From NCBI GenBank assembly GCA_035935655.1, contig DASYWW010000012.1, positions 15,618 through 79,617 of the forward strand: a DNA stretch of 64,000 nucleotides, given 5' to 3'. This stretch comes from Candidatus Bathyarchaeia archaeon. Its GTDB lineage: Archaea > Thermoproteota > Bathyarchaeia > 40CM-2-53-6. The position numbers were made by a program, and so were the translations under genes. Numbering within the stretch: the stretch's first letter is position 1; each line of letters starts with the position of its first letter. Positions 24,915 to 33,700 of the stretch are shown here, piece by piece. The notes beneath the pieces were generated by a model that worked only from the letters and a program-made list of their open reading frames with translations, did no database searches and was not told where the DNA came from.

Positions 24915-25262
24915 TCAGGTTTCTCTGTAAATTACGCTAGTTCCTTTCTTTCTGTTTTCCCAGACCCTAATCTCATAGAGCTCCTTGATTGAGGGTTTGA
25001 GTCTCTTCCAGATCCATAATGATATCCGCTCCATTGTGGGATTGGGAATGATCTCATTCAGATTCTTCTTATCCAATCTCGCGACTATTTCTTGGTTGAC
25101 GATTCTCTCGATAATGCGTGTATCTAGAATAACCCCTTTCTCGTCTGGGGTCCCCTTAACGACTACTCTTAACTCGTAGTTATGTCCCTGCATCGCGTTC
25201 TCGTCCACATCGAGTGAGGCGGCCGATGAAAACTGGAATTCTCTCATCGCAAACATCTCCAT
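24915..25262 (-). CDS. 6-pyruvoyl-tetrahydropterin synthase family protein (PTPS/QueD-like)
   Basis: FQFSSAASLD...GHNYELRVVVKGTPDEKGVILDTRIIERIVNQEIVARLDKKNLNEIIPNPTMERIS follows the QueD/PTPS pattern (fsAaH...HGHny...v.Dfxxlk...lDHxxLNe...PTxEn). Confidence 0.8.
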   Translation of the reverse strand: MEMFAMREFQFSSAASLDVDENAMQGHNYELRVVVKGTPDEKGVILDTRIIERIVNQEIVARLDKKNLNEIIPNPTMERISLWIWKRLKPSIKELYEIRVWENRKKGTSVIYRET

Positions 25263-25275
25263 TTTGTGGGCCCCT

Positions 25276-26139
25276 CTAGTTCCTATAGTTCATCAAGTAT
25301 CTCAGAAAGATGTGACTCCCTGAGACTCCAATTGCCTCAAGCTCTGCCAGGGGAGAGTCGTCTATTCCGAAATGAATGCTGGTAACAAAACCGGGTCTCT
25401 TCTTTCCTTCGGAATTGAGGTCGCCCATGATCTGGGGAGAAACGGTTAGCCGAAGCTCATCGACAAGCATCGCTTTGACTGCGCCCCCAGCCAGAATGGG
25501 CCCGCCTTGAATATCGAGAAGCTCCGTCCTGAACTCTTTTCGCAGAATCCCTACCGTTTTGGTAAGGTCTACGCTAGCTTCTCCAATGGCGAATATTTTG
25601 AGGGACTGAGGAAACTTGTGGCCTTCGACCTGTAGCCGCTTTACTTGATTCTTGACCCTTTCTTCTCCTTTGCTTGTGGTAAAAATTAGAGGTTGCCACT
25701 CTTCCTTTTTCGGGTTGAACACAGGGTGTTTCAAATCTATTTCTCCTCTCCCAGTCGCGACTGCCCTGACGGGTTTACGACTTCTCTTCGTCACGAGTTC
25801 CTGTAGGTCCTTGTCTCTGGGATACCAGGTAGTGTCGGGGTTGTCTCTCAGGATTCCCGCCCCTCCTAGGACAGCATCGGCCGTGGCCCACCCGTATTGT
25901 AGGGCTCTATTATCCGTGAAACCTCCCGCGCCTATGGGATTGTTCTTTAGTTGCCGGAGGGCAATTTCGGATCCCCCACGTTGCCCAAGTTCGAGAGGAA
26001 CAGCAATTCCGTCTATCGTTGTTACAAACATAAGGTAGGTGTGTGGTCTTCCCTCCACCTTGTAGAATTCTGATAATTGATCTACCGATACATTCGGGTC
26101 TTCAAATAATTGCACTGTTCTAACCATGGTCGATGGCAA
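25276..26139 (-). CDS. RibD C-terminal-domain-type (DHFR-fold) pyrimidine reductase
   Basis: VTTIDGIAVPLELGQRGGSEIALRQL...DAVLGGAGILRDNPDTTWYP...PVRAVATGRGEIDL...LLDIQGGPILAGGAVKAMLVDELRLTVSPQIMGD matches the RibG reductase / diaminohydroxyphosphoribosylaminopyrimidine reductase pattern. About 70-aa N-terminal extension. Confidence 0.65.
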   Translation of the reverse strand: MPSTMVRTVQLFEDPNVSVDQLSEFYKVEGRPHTYLMFVTTIDGIAVPLELGQRGGSEIALRQLKNNPIGAGGFTDNRALQYGWATADAVLGGAGILRDNPDTTWYPRDKDLQELVTKRSRKPVRAVATGRGEIDLKHPVFNPKKEEWQPLIFTTSKGEERVKNQVKRLQVEGHKFPQSLKIFAIGEASVDLTKTVGILRKEFRTELLDIQGGPILAGGAVKAMLVDELRLTVSPQIMGDLNSEGKKRPGFVTSIHFGIDDSPLAELEAIGVSGSHIFLRYLMNYRN

Positions 26140-26600
26140 TGCTAACGGATGTCTTTATTGAGCTTCACGTCCCGGACTTCAATAGAACAATCGAGTTCTA
26201 CTCAAGACTCGGTTTCAAACTGCGATGGCGAAGCGAGGACTATCTCGTGATGAAGAGAAAGAGAAGCGTATTGAATTTCTACGGGGGGAGTGAGAAAGTT
26301 TACCGCCATTCCTACTTCGGGCGGTTCAGTAAGAATACAAAATGCGGTTATGGGGTCGAGATAATTATCCCAGTTGATCGAGTGGAACGCCTCTACAAGA
26401 CCGTGAGAAAGTTCGCAAAGGTCGTTCAACCACTGCAGTCGAAAAAATGGGGACGTCGCGACTTCAGAATACTCGATCCGTTCGGGTTCTATCTGCGCAT
26501 CACGGAGAGATACGAGTGGGTCGGCGAACTCGATGCGAAACAGAAGAAATTGGTCCAAGATTACAAGATGAAGCTCAGAGAGCCAGGCTCTGGGGACTAA
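26133..26600 (+). CDS. VOC/glyoxalase-bleomycin-resistance family protein
   Basis: LHVPDFNRTIEFYSRLGFKL ... DFRILDPFGFYLRITE beta-alpha-beta-beta-beta module pattern. Confidence 0.6.
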   Translation: MAMLTDVFIELHVPDFNRTIEFYSRLGFKLRWRSEDYLVMKRKRSVLNFYGGSEKVYRHSYFGRFSKNTKCGYGVEIIIPVDRVERLYKTVRKFAKVVQPLQSKKWGRRDFRILDPFGFYLRITERYEWVGELDAKQKKLVQDYKMKLREPGSGD

Positions 26601-26618
26601 AAACCAGAGTAGCCTTTC

Positions 26619-27413
26619 TCAATTTTGGCTACGAGGATGGACTAGATCGTCCCGCTGCTCTATGTCCAAAATGTGACCAAGCTTCTTCTTTTTTGTCTCT
26701 AGGTAGAACTTGTTGAACTGATTAGGCGGCATCACAACAGGTATCCTCTCAGCCACTTTGATTCCATGAAGCTGCAAATCCTTCAGCTTGTCGGGATTGT
26801 TCGTGAGAAGCTTGACCGATCTCACGTGAAGCGACATCAGCATGTGCGCCGCAATATCGTAATCTCGCTCGTCAGGCCTAAACCCCAGTTTCTTGTTCGC
26901 CTCAACAGTATCGAAACCTGCATCCTGTAATTGGTAGGCTTTGATCTTGTTAACAAAGCCGATCCCACGGCCTTCCTGCCTCAGATAGAGAACGATTCCA
27001 CGGTCCATCTTGCCTATTCGTGTAAGGGACTCCTGAAGCTGCTCTCGGCAGTCGCACCGTAGGGAGCCGATTGCATCGCCGGTGAGACATTCGGAGTGCA
27101 ATCGTACTGGGATATCTTCTTTCTCGAAGATATCGCCGTGGACAAACGCGGCGTGCTCCTTTCGGTCAAAGTTGTTCCAGAACGCGACCGCCTGGAAGTC
27201 ACCATATAAAGTAGGAAGGTTTGCGATAGCCATGACCTTGACGCAGATCTCCGGTGCCTCCCGACATGCGTGGTCTTCGCTCTCCTTCAACAACTGCTGG
27301 ACAGCTGACTTCGGGATGCCCATCAAGGCCGAAGCGAAAAACGAGAACAGTCCCTTTTGAGGATTCCTTTCAGGAGGCATCTCCTCACGTGAGACCAAGG
27401 TGAAGTAACCCAC
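26619..27413 (-). CDS. ribA: GTP cyclohydrolase II (RibA)
   Basis: RLHSECLTGDAIGSLRCDCREQL...VLYLRQEGRGIGFVNKIKAYQLQDAGFDTVEANKKLGFRPDERDY...LTNNPDK: canonical GCH II zinc-Cys and RQEGRGIG motifs. Confidence 0.85.
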   Translation of the reverse strand: MGYFTLVSREEMPPERNPQKGLFSFFASALMGIPKSAVQQLLKESEDHACREAPEICVKVMAIANLPTLYGDFQAVAFWNNFDRKEHAAFVHGDIFEKEDIPVRLHSECLTGDAIGSLRCDCREQLQESLTRIGKMDRGIVLYLRQEGRGIGFVNKIKAYQLQDAGFDTVEANKKLGFRPDERDYDIAAHMLMSLHVRSVKLLTNNPDKLKDLQLHGIKVAERIPVVMPPNQFNKFYLETKKKKLGHILDIEQRDDLVHPRSQN

Positions 27414-27489
27414 GACTCTCCGACTCTATTCGCCAATGGCTTTGCATAGTTTTTTGTTGTGACGGCATCGTTCAAATTCCGGACTCATA

Positions 27490-28179
27490 ATGGTTCGAAT
27501 CGCTGTTGATGAAAGAGAGAAGCCGTCAGGAGTTCCTGACGAGCTCCGGTCAAAGGGAGCTTCCGTTGAATACAGAGTCCTTGAGGTGGCTGACTACATA
27601 GTTGGCGAATATGCTGTTGAACGAAAATCCGCCAGGGATTTCGTCTCTTCCTTGTTTAGCGGAAGGCTATTCGACCAAGCATATAGGATAGGCGAATCAT
27701 ACAAAGACAAGATTCTGATCGTCGAGGGCAACCTAGACAATGAACTCAAGCGATCCAGGAACCCTCGTTCCCTTTGGGGCGCGCTAATTTCTGCAGTCTT
27801 GGATTTTGACATGCACTGTTTCTTCACTCACGATGCGAAAGAAACCGCAGAGTTCCTGGTCACCCTTGGGAAAGGAGGACGTTACATGGGCCATCGCGGG
27901 CCACCCCCTCTTGTCGTTCGGAAGCCTAGGTCGGAGGATATTAAGCGACTTCAAGAATCCATTGTCAGCTCTGTGCCTGGGATTGGACCTCGCACTGCTG
28001 AGCAGCTGTTATCGTATTTTGGGTCTCTAAGACGCACATTCAGTGCTTCCGTGACGGAAATGGCGGTGGGAGCTGGAATTGGGAAAGCCAAGGCCCTGAA
28101 CGTTAGAGCTCTCCTGGATGCGCCTTACAAGCCTTCAAAAGGCGTCCACTCTCAAACCCAGCTACGCGCAGAGGCGTAG
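27490..28179 (+). CDS. xpf: Short-form XPF nuclease (ERCC4 nuclease domain + HhH2, no helicase domain)
   Basis: IAVDEREKPSGV...VADYIVGEYAVERKSARDFVSS (GDY/ERK nuclease motifs) and the C-terminal GIGPRTAEQLLSYFGSLRRTF...GIGKAKA tandem HhH. 229 aa. Confidence 0.8.
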   Translation: MVRIAVDEREKPSGVPDELRSKGASVEYRVLEVADYIVGEYAVERKSARDFVSSLFSGRLFDQAYRIGESYKDKILIVEGNLDNELKRSRNPRSLWGALISAVLDFDMHCFFTHDAKETAEFLVTLGKGGRYMGHRGPPPLVVRKPRSEDIKRLQESIVSSVPGIGPRTAEQLLSYFGSLRRTFSASVTEMAVGAGIGKAKALNVRALLDAPYKPSKGVHSQTQLRAEA

Positions 28180-28184
28180 AACAC

Positions 28185-29492
28185 GTGGGACTGTTCCTCC
28201 AAAATTGCGACTGGGTGATTACTCAAAACCCTGATCGAGAGGTTCTCCGAAACTCCTCCGTCAGCATCGACGACAGTGGAACCATTCGGGACACGGGCAT
28301 AACTCAAGGGTCCAAGAACGACCAGGTTATCGACTGCAGGGGTAAAGTGCTGATTCCTGGCCTGATCAATACTCACACTCATCTCTCCATGACTCTTTTC
28401 CGAGGATACGCCGACGATCTAGAGCTCCAGCAATGGCTAGAGAAGAAGATCTGGCCACTTGAGAAACGACTCACCGGCGAAATGTGCTACAACGGCGCGC
28501 TTCTCGGCGCCATGGAAATGACGAGAACAGGAACAACATGCTTCGTGGACATGTATTTTCACATGGAAGACGTTGCCCGGGCAACAGAGGAGGCAGGACT
28601 TAGAGGAATACTCTCATACGGAATGATCGACCCACCAACCGAAGAGGGCAAAGAAAGGGAACGAAAAAACTCCTTGAAGCTGCTGCAACACATCCGAGCA
28701 TTGAAGTCCCCGCGAACATCGTTCGCCTTCGGGCCGCACGCTCCCTACACATGCGGTAAAGATACTCTTCTTTGGTGCAAAAAGGAAGCCGAGAAGGAAA
28801 ACGTGCTCATCAACATCCATATTGCCGAAACCCGAGGAGAACAAGCGAAGTTCGAACGAGACAAGAAATCGCGCGAAGTAGACTACCTCGACAAGATTGG
28901 CTTCCTAAGCGACCGGGTCTTAGCCGCCCACTCAGTATGGCTTACAAAATCGGAAGTCAAACTTTATGGAAAAAGAGGCGTTAGAGTCGCTCACTGTCCT
29001 GTCTCCAATATGAAGCTGGCAGGAGGGAGCGTCGCTCCATTGCCTGAGATGTGGGAAGCAGGAATCCCCGTCGGGCTCGGAACGGATGGGCCGGCGAGCA
29101 ATAACAGTCTCGATATGTTCGACACGATGAAAGTTTGCGCTCTGGCTCACAAAGCTCATCGGTGGGACCCAACAGTCGCTAATGCCCAGAAGGTTCTCGA
29201 TATGGCTACCATTGATGGCGCCTATGCGATTGGTAAAGAGAAGGAGATTGGAAGCATAGAGAAGGGTAAGCGGGCTGACCTGGTGCTCGTCGATCTGAGG
29301 GAGCCTAACATGATGCCGATCCACGGGAAAGAGACTGTGATCTCTGACCTTGTCTACTCAGCAAGTGGGTACAATGTCGATACAACGATAGTAGATGGGA
29401 GGGTTTTGATGCAAAACAGGAAGTATACTAGGTTGGATCCTGCGAAGATCGAACAAGGAGTTGGCACATCAGTTCGCCGACTTACTCTCTAA
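28185..29492 (+). CDS. Amidohydrolase-superfamily deaminase (MtaD/SAH-MTA deaminase-like chlorohydrolase family)
   Basis: LIPGLINTHTHLSMTLFRGYADDLELQQWL...; HxH metal site, 435 aa, subtype-III amidohydrolase pattern. Confidence 0.75.
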   Translation: MGLFLQNCDWVITQNPDREVLRNSSVSIDDSGTIRDTGITQGSKNDQVIDCRGKVLIPGLINTHTHLSMTLFRGYADDLELQQWLEKKIWPLEKRLTGEMCYNGALLGAMEMTRTGTTCFVDMYFHMEDVARATEEAGLRGILSYGMIDPPTEEGKERERKNSLKLLQHIRALKSPRTSFAFGPHAPYTCGKDTLLWCKKEAEKENVLINIHIAETRGEQAKFERDKKSREVDYLDKIGFLSDRVLAAHSVWLTKSEVKLYGKRGVRVAHCPVSNMKLAGGSVAPLPEMWEAGIPVGLGTDGPASNNSLDMFDTMKVCALAHKAHRWDPTVANAQKVLDMATIDGAYAIGKEKEIGSIEKGKRADLVLVDLREPNMMPIHGKETVISDLVYSASGYNVDTTIVDGRVLMQNRKYTRLDPAKIEQGVGTSVRRLTL

Positions 29493-30152
29493 AACGGCCT
29501 GCTCGATAATCAGGTAACCGCTTTGTCCGTCCCACCGATTGACCGTCTTGTTGACACTGACTCGTTTCTGGAAGCCGGGTGCGTCAATGACGAAAGTTTC
29601 GTACTCTCCTCCCTCACCGGTCAGGTGAATTCCATGTCTTCTCGAGACCTTCTCTAACTGCTCCCATCGCTGGTCTGTTAGTTCTTGCCCAAGCCATGAC
29701 TCGTCAAGGCCAGCAGCTCCAACTCCCGACAGAATTATCTTGAACCCGGCAGATTTCAGGTCATTGACCAGCGTTTTCGGCTCTTTCCGCCATAGTGGAA
29801 CAAAACTCTTCAACGCCAACGCATCACAGACTTGGTCGATTCGAGATTTCTGATAGTCGCTAGCAACGGCTCCGGTCACAACTCCTTCGATTCCAGTGGC
29901 GGCCTTTAGCTGGCTCAGTCCTTCACGAAGGCTCAACAATTCGTCATCAGCTACCTCAATGGTATGATGGGGGAGACCCATTGCCTCAGCCTGAAGCTTT
30001 GTCCAACGCACGTTCGGAAAGTGGAACATGAGGGAATCGACAGCCTTCGGCAGAACGGTCACAAGATCCTCGACGTCCCAGCCTTGATGCTGAGCAACCC
30101 ATGTAGCGTAGGTGCTGTCCTTGCCTCCACTGTAAAGAACGGCTACCTTCAC
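29469..30152 (-). CDS. PP-loop ATP pyrophosphatase of the MJ0570/Dph6 (diphthine-ammonia ligase) family
   Basis: MKVAVLYSGGKDSTYA (SGGKDS PP-loop), 227 aa, alpha/beta ATPBD4-type layout. Confidence 0.7.
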   Translation of the reverse strand: MKVAVLYSGGKDSTYATWVAQHQGWDVEDLVTVLPKAVDSLMFHFPNVRWTKLQAEAMGLPHHTIEVADDELLSLREGLSQLKAATGIEGVVTGAVASDYQKSRIDQVCDALALKSFVPLWRKEPKTLVNDLKSAGFKIILSGVGAAGLDESWLGQELTDQRWEQLEKVSRRHGIHLTGEGGEYETFVIDAPGFQKRVSVNKTVNRWDGQSGYLIIEQAVLESKSAN

Positions 30153-31639
30153 GCGACTTCCTCTAGCATTCTGCCCTTGTTTTCAAACTGTTTCTCGTAC
30201 AGCTTGCGTAGTCGTTGGATGGTGTCGGCTTCTTCCGGGGTTTTATCGTCTCTAAACTTCGCGATCCTTGCAAAACGCAAAGCGAACCCCGACTTGTATC
30301 GGGGACTCTTCTGAACCTCGTTGTGAGCAACTTCGACCACTATCTCGGGTTTCACGTGAACCGTCCATTTCGTCTCTCGAGTCTTCAGCTCCTGAAGCCG
30401 CTTGGTTATCATGTCGAACTCCGCGTCAGTCAGACCCTTGAACGTCTTACCAACGACTAGGTATTCACCGGTGTCCTCATCCCTAACTGCTAGATGGTAG
30501 TTGCTCAGCCAATCTACCCTTCTTCCGCTGCCCCAGTCCGCAGCGACTATGACTACGTCGAGCCTGTCGGCAAGCTTGATCTTGAACCACTTCTTGCCCC
30601 TAGCGCCTGGCGAGTAGTCGCTCGTTAGGGACTTGGCCATCAACCCTTCATGGCCTGCTTTCAAAGCGGATTGTGTGAAATTGTCCACGACTCTGAGGTC
30701 TCGGGTCACAATTCTTGGAGCAAGAGATTCTGCGGGCACTAAGCTAGAGAGGGTTTCCCATCTTTCCGTGTATGGGAGATCTATCAGAGTCCTTCCTTCT
30801 GATTGCAGAACATCGAAGAGGTAGAGTCGCAGCGGAATCTTATCGACCATCTCCTCGATCCCGTGGACTCGGCGAAAGCGACGCATCAGGTCCTGAAAGG
30901 GAACTGGCTTTCCGCCCTCGCCGAGAGCGACGACTTCTCCTTCTATCAAGAACTCTGAAGCTTTCACTTTGGTTTTGGCGTAATCTACCATTTCCGGAAT
31001 ACTGTCGGTGACATCAGTGAGTCTCCGGCTGAAAATCCTAATACGATCTTGTTGTCTGTGGATCTGGATTCTGGCGCCGTCGAACTTGTACTCGAAGGCG
31101 GTACCATCCTTGTGCTCCGCGAGAACTTGACGGATGTCCTCAGCCACCTCCGCCAGCATCGGCTTCACTGGGACGAAGAGTCTTAGTCCCACCTTCTCAA
31201 GCGCCGCCCCTCCATCCGTCATAGCTAACCTAGCGACGTCCCCGATGTCTCCATGCAGCATGTGTGCGCGCCTGACTAAATGCCGGGAGACCCCCGACGC
31301 TTCCGCGATAGCGTCTAACAAGACTCCCTCAACAACGCCGATTCGCATCTCGCCCAGTAACATTCGGGTCAGATACTCGGTCTCCAGAGGTGTCGTCCTG
31401 GCGAGAAGTGAGCCAAGAAGTGCCAATCGTTTCTCTTTGGACCCCGCTCCTTTGACCTCGGCGAGCCTTCCTAGAGTTCTAAACACTTCTGCCATCGTCA
31501 GTGGATTTGCGCTTTCCGTAAGGAGTGTTTGGCTCATGGTTTTCCCGGCTGTCGAGAGGGTCGCGTAGCTTATTTCAAGGACTCGAGGATCAGCTTCGGG
31601 GAACGGTTTTCCAGCTAAGAATAGCGTGACATAGGACAC
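30149..31639 (-). CDS. lig: ATP-dependent DNA ligase
   Basis: Adenylation motif I EYKFDGARIQIH (KxDG), then the nucleotidyltransferase and OB domains and an N-terminal DNA-binding domain. 496 aa. Confidence 0.9.
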   Translation of the reverse strand: MSYVTLFLAGKPFPEADPRVLEISYATLSTAGKTMSQTLLTESANPLTMAEVFRTLGRLAEVKGAGSKEKRLALLGSLLARTTPLETEYLTRMLLGEMRIGVVEGVLLDAIAEASGVSRHLVRRAHMLHGDIGDVARLAMTDGGAALEKVGLRLFVPVKPMLAEVAEDIRQVLAEHKDGTAFEYKFDGARIQIHRQQDRIRIFSRRLTDVTDSIPEMVDYAKTKVKASEFLIEGEVVALGEGGKPVPFQDLMRRFRRVHGIEEMVDKIPLRLYLFDVLQSEGRTLIDLPYTERWETLSSLVPAESLAPRIVTRDLRVVDNFTQSALKAGHEGLMAKSLTSDYSPGARGKKWFKIKLADRLDVVIVAADWGSGRRVDWLSNYHLAVRDEDTGEYLVVGKTFKGLTDAEFDMITKRLQELKTRETKWTVHVKPEIVVEVAHNEVQKSPRYKSGFALRFARIAKFRDDKTPEEADTIQRLRKLYEKQFENKGRMLEEVA

Positions 31640-31761
31640 GTCGTCCGGTCTGGCTTTTCTGAGAACTTCTCTGATGAGTCGTATCTTTTCGTTTCTTTTT
31701 GTTGTCTCCTCAAGAGCTCGACATAGTTGGGCGACGATTGAGAACTCGATCGGTTTTTTTT

Positions 31762-32778
31762 CTAGTTGAGCCAGTTCTCCAGACCTGCATCCGTTTTCTC
31801 GATCCCTCTAGGGAGCCGTCCTATCAGTCGCTCTACTCTTTCTTTGTTGAAAGCGCGCTCCTCCGCGAGGAACTTAACGAGTCCCTCGCGATCTGGTTGA
31901 GACCTTTTCAGCACGTATTTTTCTAGGACCCTTGGTTTCAAGAAGAGCTGTCGAACACTGTTCAGATCCTCGGTAAGCTTTGATCTGATACCTTCAGGCA
32001 TTTGCTCGATCGACCCGTATTCGAGGACTAGTCTAAGGGCCTTCTTCGGTCCTACTCCCTTCACGCCTTCGTTGAAGTCGGTTCCGACTAGGATTGCGAG
32101 ATCTACGAGTTGTTCTCGCGTTATTCGAAGGAGGGCGAGATTCTCAGAAAGCTTGATCAACTCTGGAATTAGAGGTCGTGATCGTTTCTGGGCCGGAAGC
32201 CACTCGCGTCCCGTCAAGGTCAAGTACCGCGCAAGGATAGGGGCGCCGTAGAGTAAGCAGTCGTAGTCTTTGCTTCCGACAGCCCAGACATCGCCTCTAG
32301 CTGCCATATAGCTGGCCTGGGCCTCCGCATCTTCCAAGGCCTCAAGCCACGGAATCCCCATCAAGTTTAGGAGATGCTTCGAATCGTCCAATACTGATCC
32401 CGTGATGCGACCGGTCATAACCGCCTTCGACCACGCTTTTGAATAGTCCTTTTTCGAAACGGCCTCGACATACTCAACTTCCGCCTTCTTTCGCGCTTCC
32501 CGCCGCATCTCGATCGTTCTCCTCTTCAACGGATTCGGTTTTCCATCGAACACAAAGACGGGCTTCATGTCGAACTCTGCTATCAACCGACTGGTTCTTG
32601 TGATCAGACCGATAAGATGCGAGGTTACTCGTCCTTGGGAGTCAGTGAAGAGGCTACCATCTCTCTTTCTGACCAGCGCCAAGAACTGATGGATCTCAAT
32701 GCTGGCGTCGATCGCGAAGGACGTGCCCCTGAGAGCCTTGAGGCTAGTCTGCTCTCTCTTCAAAATTGGGGTGAGCAT
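31762..32778 (-). CDS. fen: Flap endonuclease FEN-1
   Basis: From the internal M: MLTPILKREQTSLKALRGTSFAIDASIEIHQFL (N domain), I-domain EAQASYMAARGDVWAVGSKDYDCLLYGAP, H3TH region. About 339 aa. The track ORF has a 49-aa spurious N-extension. Confidence 0.85.
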   Translation of the reverse strand: MLTPILKREQTSLKALRGTSFAIDASIEIHQFLALVRKRDGSLFTDSQGRVTSHLIGLITRTSRLIAEFDMKPVFVFDGKPNPLKRRTIEMRREARKKAEVEYVEAVSKKDYSKAWSKAVMTGRITGSVLDDSKHLLNLMGIPWLEALEDAEAQASYMAARGDVWAVGSKDYDCLLYGAPILARYLTLTGREWLPAQKRSRPLIPELIKLSENLALLRITREQLVDLAILVGTDFNEGVKGVGPKKALRLVLEYGSIEQMPEGIRSKLTEDLNSVRQLFLKPRVLEKYVLKRSQPDREGLVKFLAEERAFNKERVERLIGRLPRGIEKTDAGLENWLN

Positions 32779-32956
32779 TACTCCCAATAAACTGACCTCT
32801 TCTAACCACGCTAGCCAGAGTGGGTCGGGACTTTTTAAGCAGAGGGTGATCGAAAATTCAGTTCGACAAGAAAAATGGAGAAATGAATGGATGCGAGGAG
32901 TCGGGTTTCGTCCCTGCCCGCTCAATCGCGGCCGGATTTGGTCTAGGAGTGATTAG

Positions 32957-33328
32957 CTAGTTGTTTCCGGGCGGAGTGGGCTCGGGTGGCGGAGACGGGT
33001 TGAACGGCTCGTGAGGAAATACAAACGAACCTTTCTCGTCTGACGGCTTGGTGCTGTGGCCCGATTCGTGATGACTTGTGTGGGTATTCTGCTGAGTTCC
33101 CTTTGTGGCGTGAGGGCGACTCGTCTTGGATGAAACAGATTTCTTCTGCAAGGTTGACGTCTTGTTTGTCTTTCCGGAACTGGACTTTAGTCTCTGAACT
33201 TCTCGTTTCAAGCTGTCGATCTCATTAATTGCCGCATTGAGGTCTGAGGTGAGCTCCGAGGCTAGCTTGTTGAATACCCTAGCTAACTCTTGTAGTGCTT
33301 TCTTTGTCCTTGTCGGTGAAGCTGGCAT
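32957..33328 (-). CDS. Hypothetical protein: N-terminal coiled coil, Ser/Thr/Lys-rich low-complexity C-terminus
   Basis: 123-aa ORF sitting between fen and the SWIB-like micro-ORF on the same strand. Confidence 0.35.
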   Translation of the reverse strand: MPASPTRTKKALQELARVFNKLASELTSDLNAAINEIDSLKREVQRLKSSSGKTNKTSTLQKKSVSSKTSRPHATKGTQQNTHTSHHESGHSTKPSDEKGSFVFPHEPFNPSPPPEPTPPGNN

Positions 33329-33522
33329 GACTATGCCATCTTACAATCGGCTACTGTAAACGTGCTGTAACCTGCGTCGGCACAATTCGTGCACAAGAAC
33401 GAGATCGATCGGATCCTATTCGGCGTCCATGTCCTCTTTGCTCTATCATGAAATAGGATAAGACTGAATGGGCCCAAAAAAGTGGGCTTGGGAATTATGC
33501 GGCCATGGCAAGGGACAGTCTT

Positions 33523-33700
33523 CTAGTTACTGTCTTTCTTGCCGAGGTTGTGCCGCTTTACGTATTGCCAGAGTCTCTTGGTCATCTCGGATGGGGTGAT
33601 CTTCTGTCCTTCCCTCCCACCGAGTACAGTGGCGAGATGCTCGTCTAGTTCGATCCCATAGCCACCGAAAGACCCTCTCTTGTTTGGCGTCAGGCTCACC
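33523..33700 (-). CDS. 58-aa micro-ORF with SWIB/MDM2-domain-like motif (not in the ORF track, below 60 aa)
   Basis: Hand translation of the minus strand: (GTG)SLTPNKRGSFGGYGIELDEHLATVLGGREGQKITPSEMTKRLWQYVKRHNLGKKDSN*. It parallels the SWIB consensus pLxlSpeLaavlG...sRtevvkklWeYIKenNLqdp. GGAGGTG precedes/overlaps the start. Confidence 0.35.

Noticed and set aside
31134-31568. 144-aa plus-strand Ser/Thr-rich ORF
   Set aside because: It is antisense within the DNA ligase gene.
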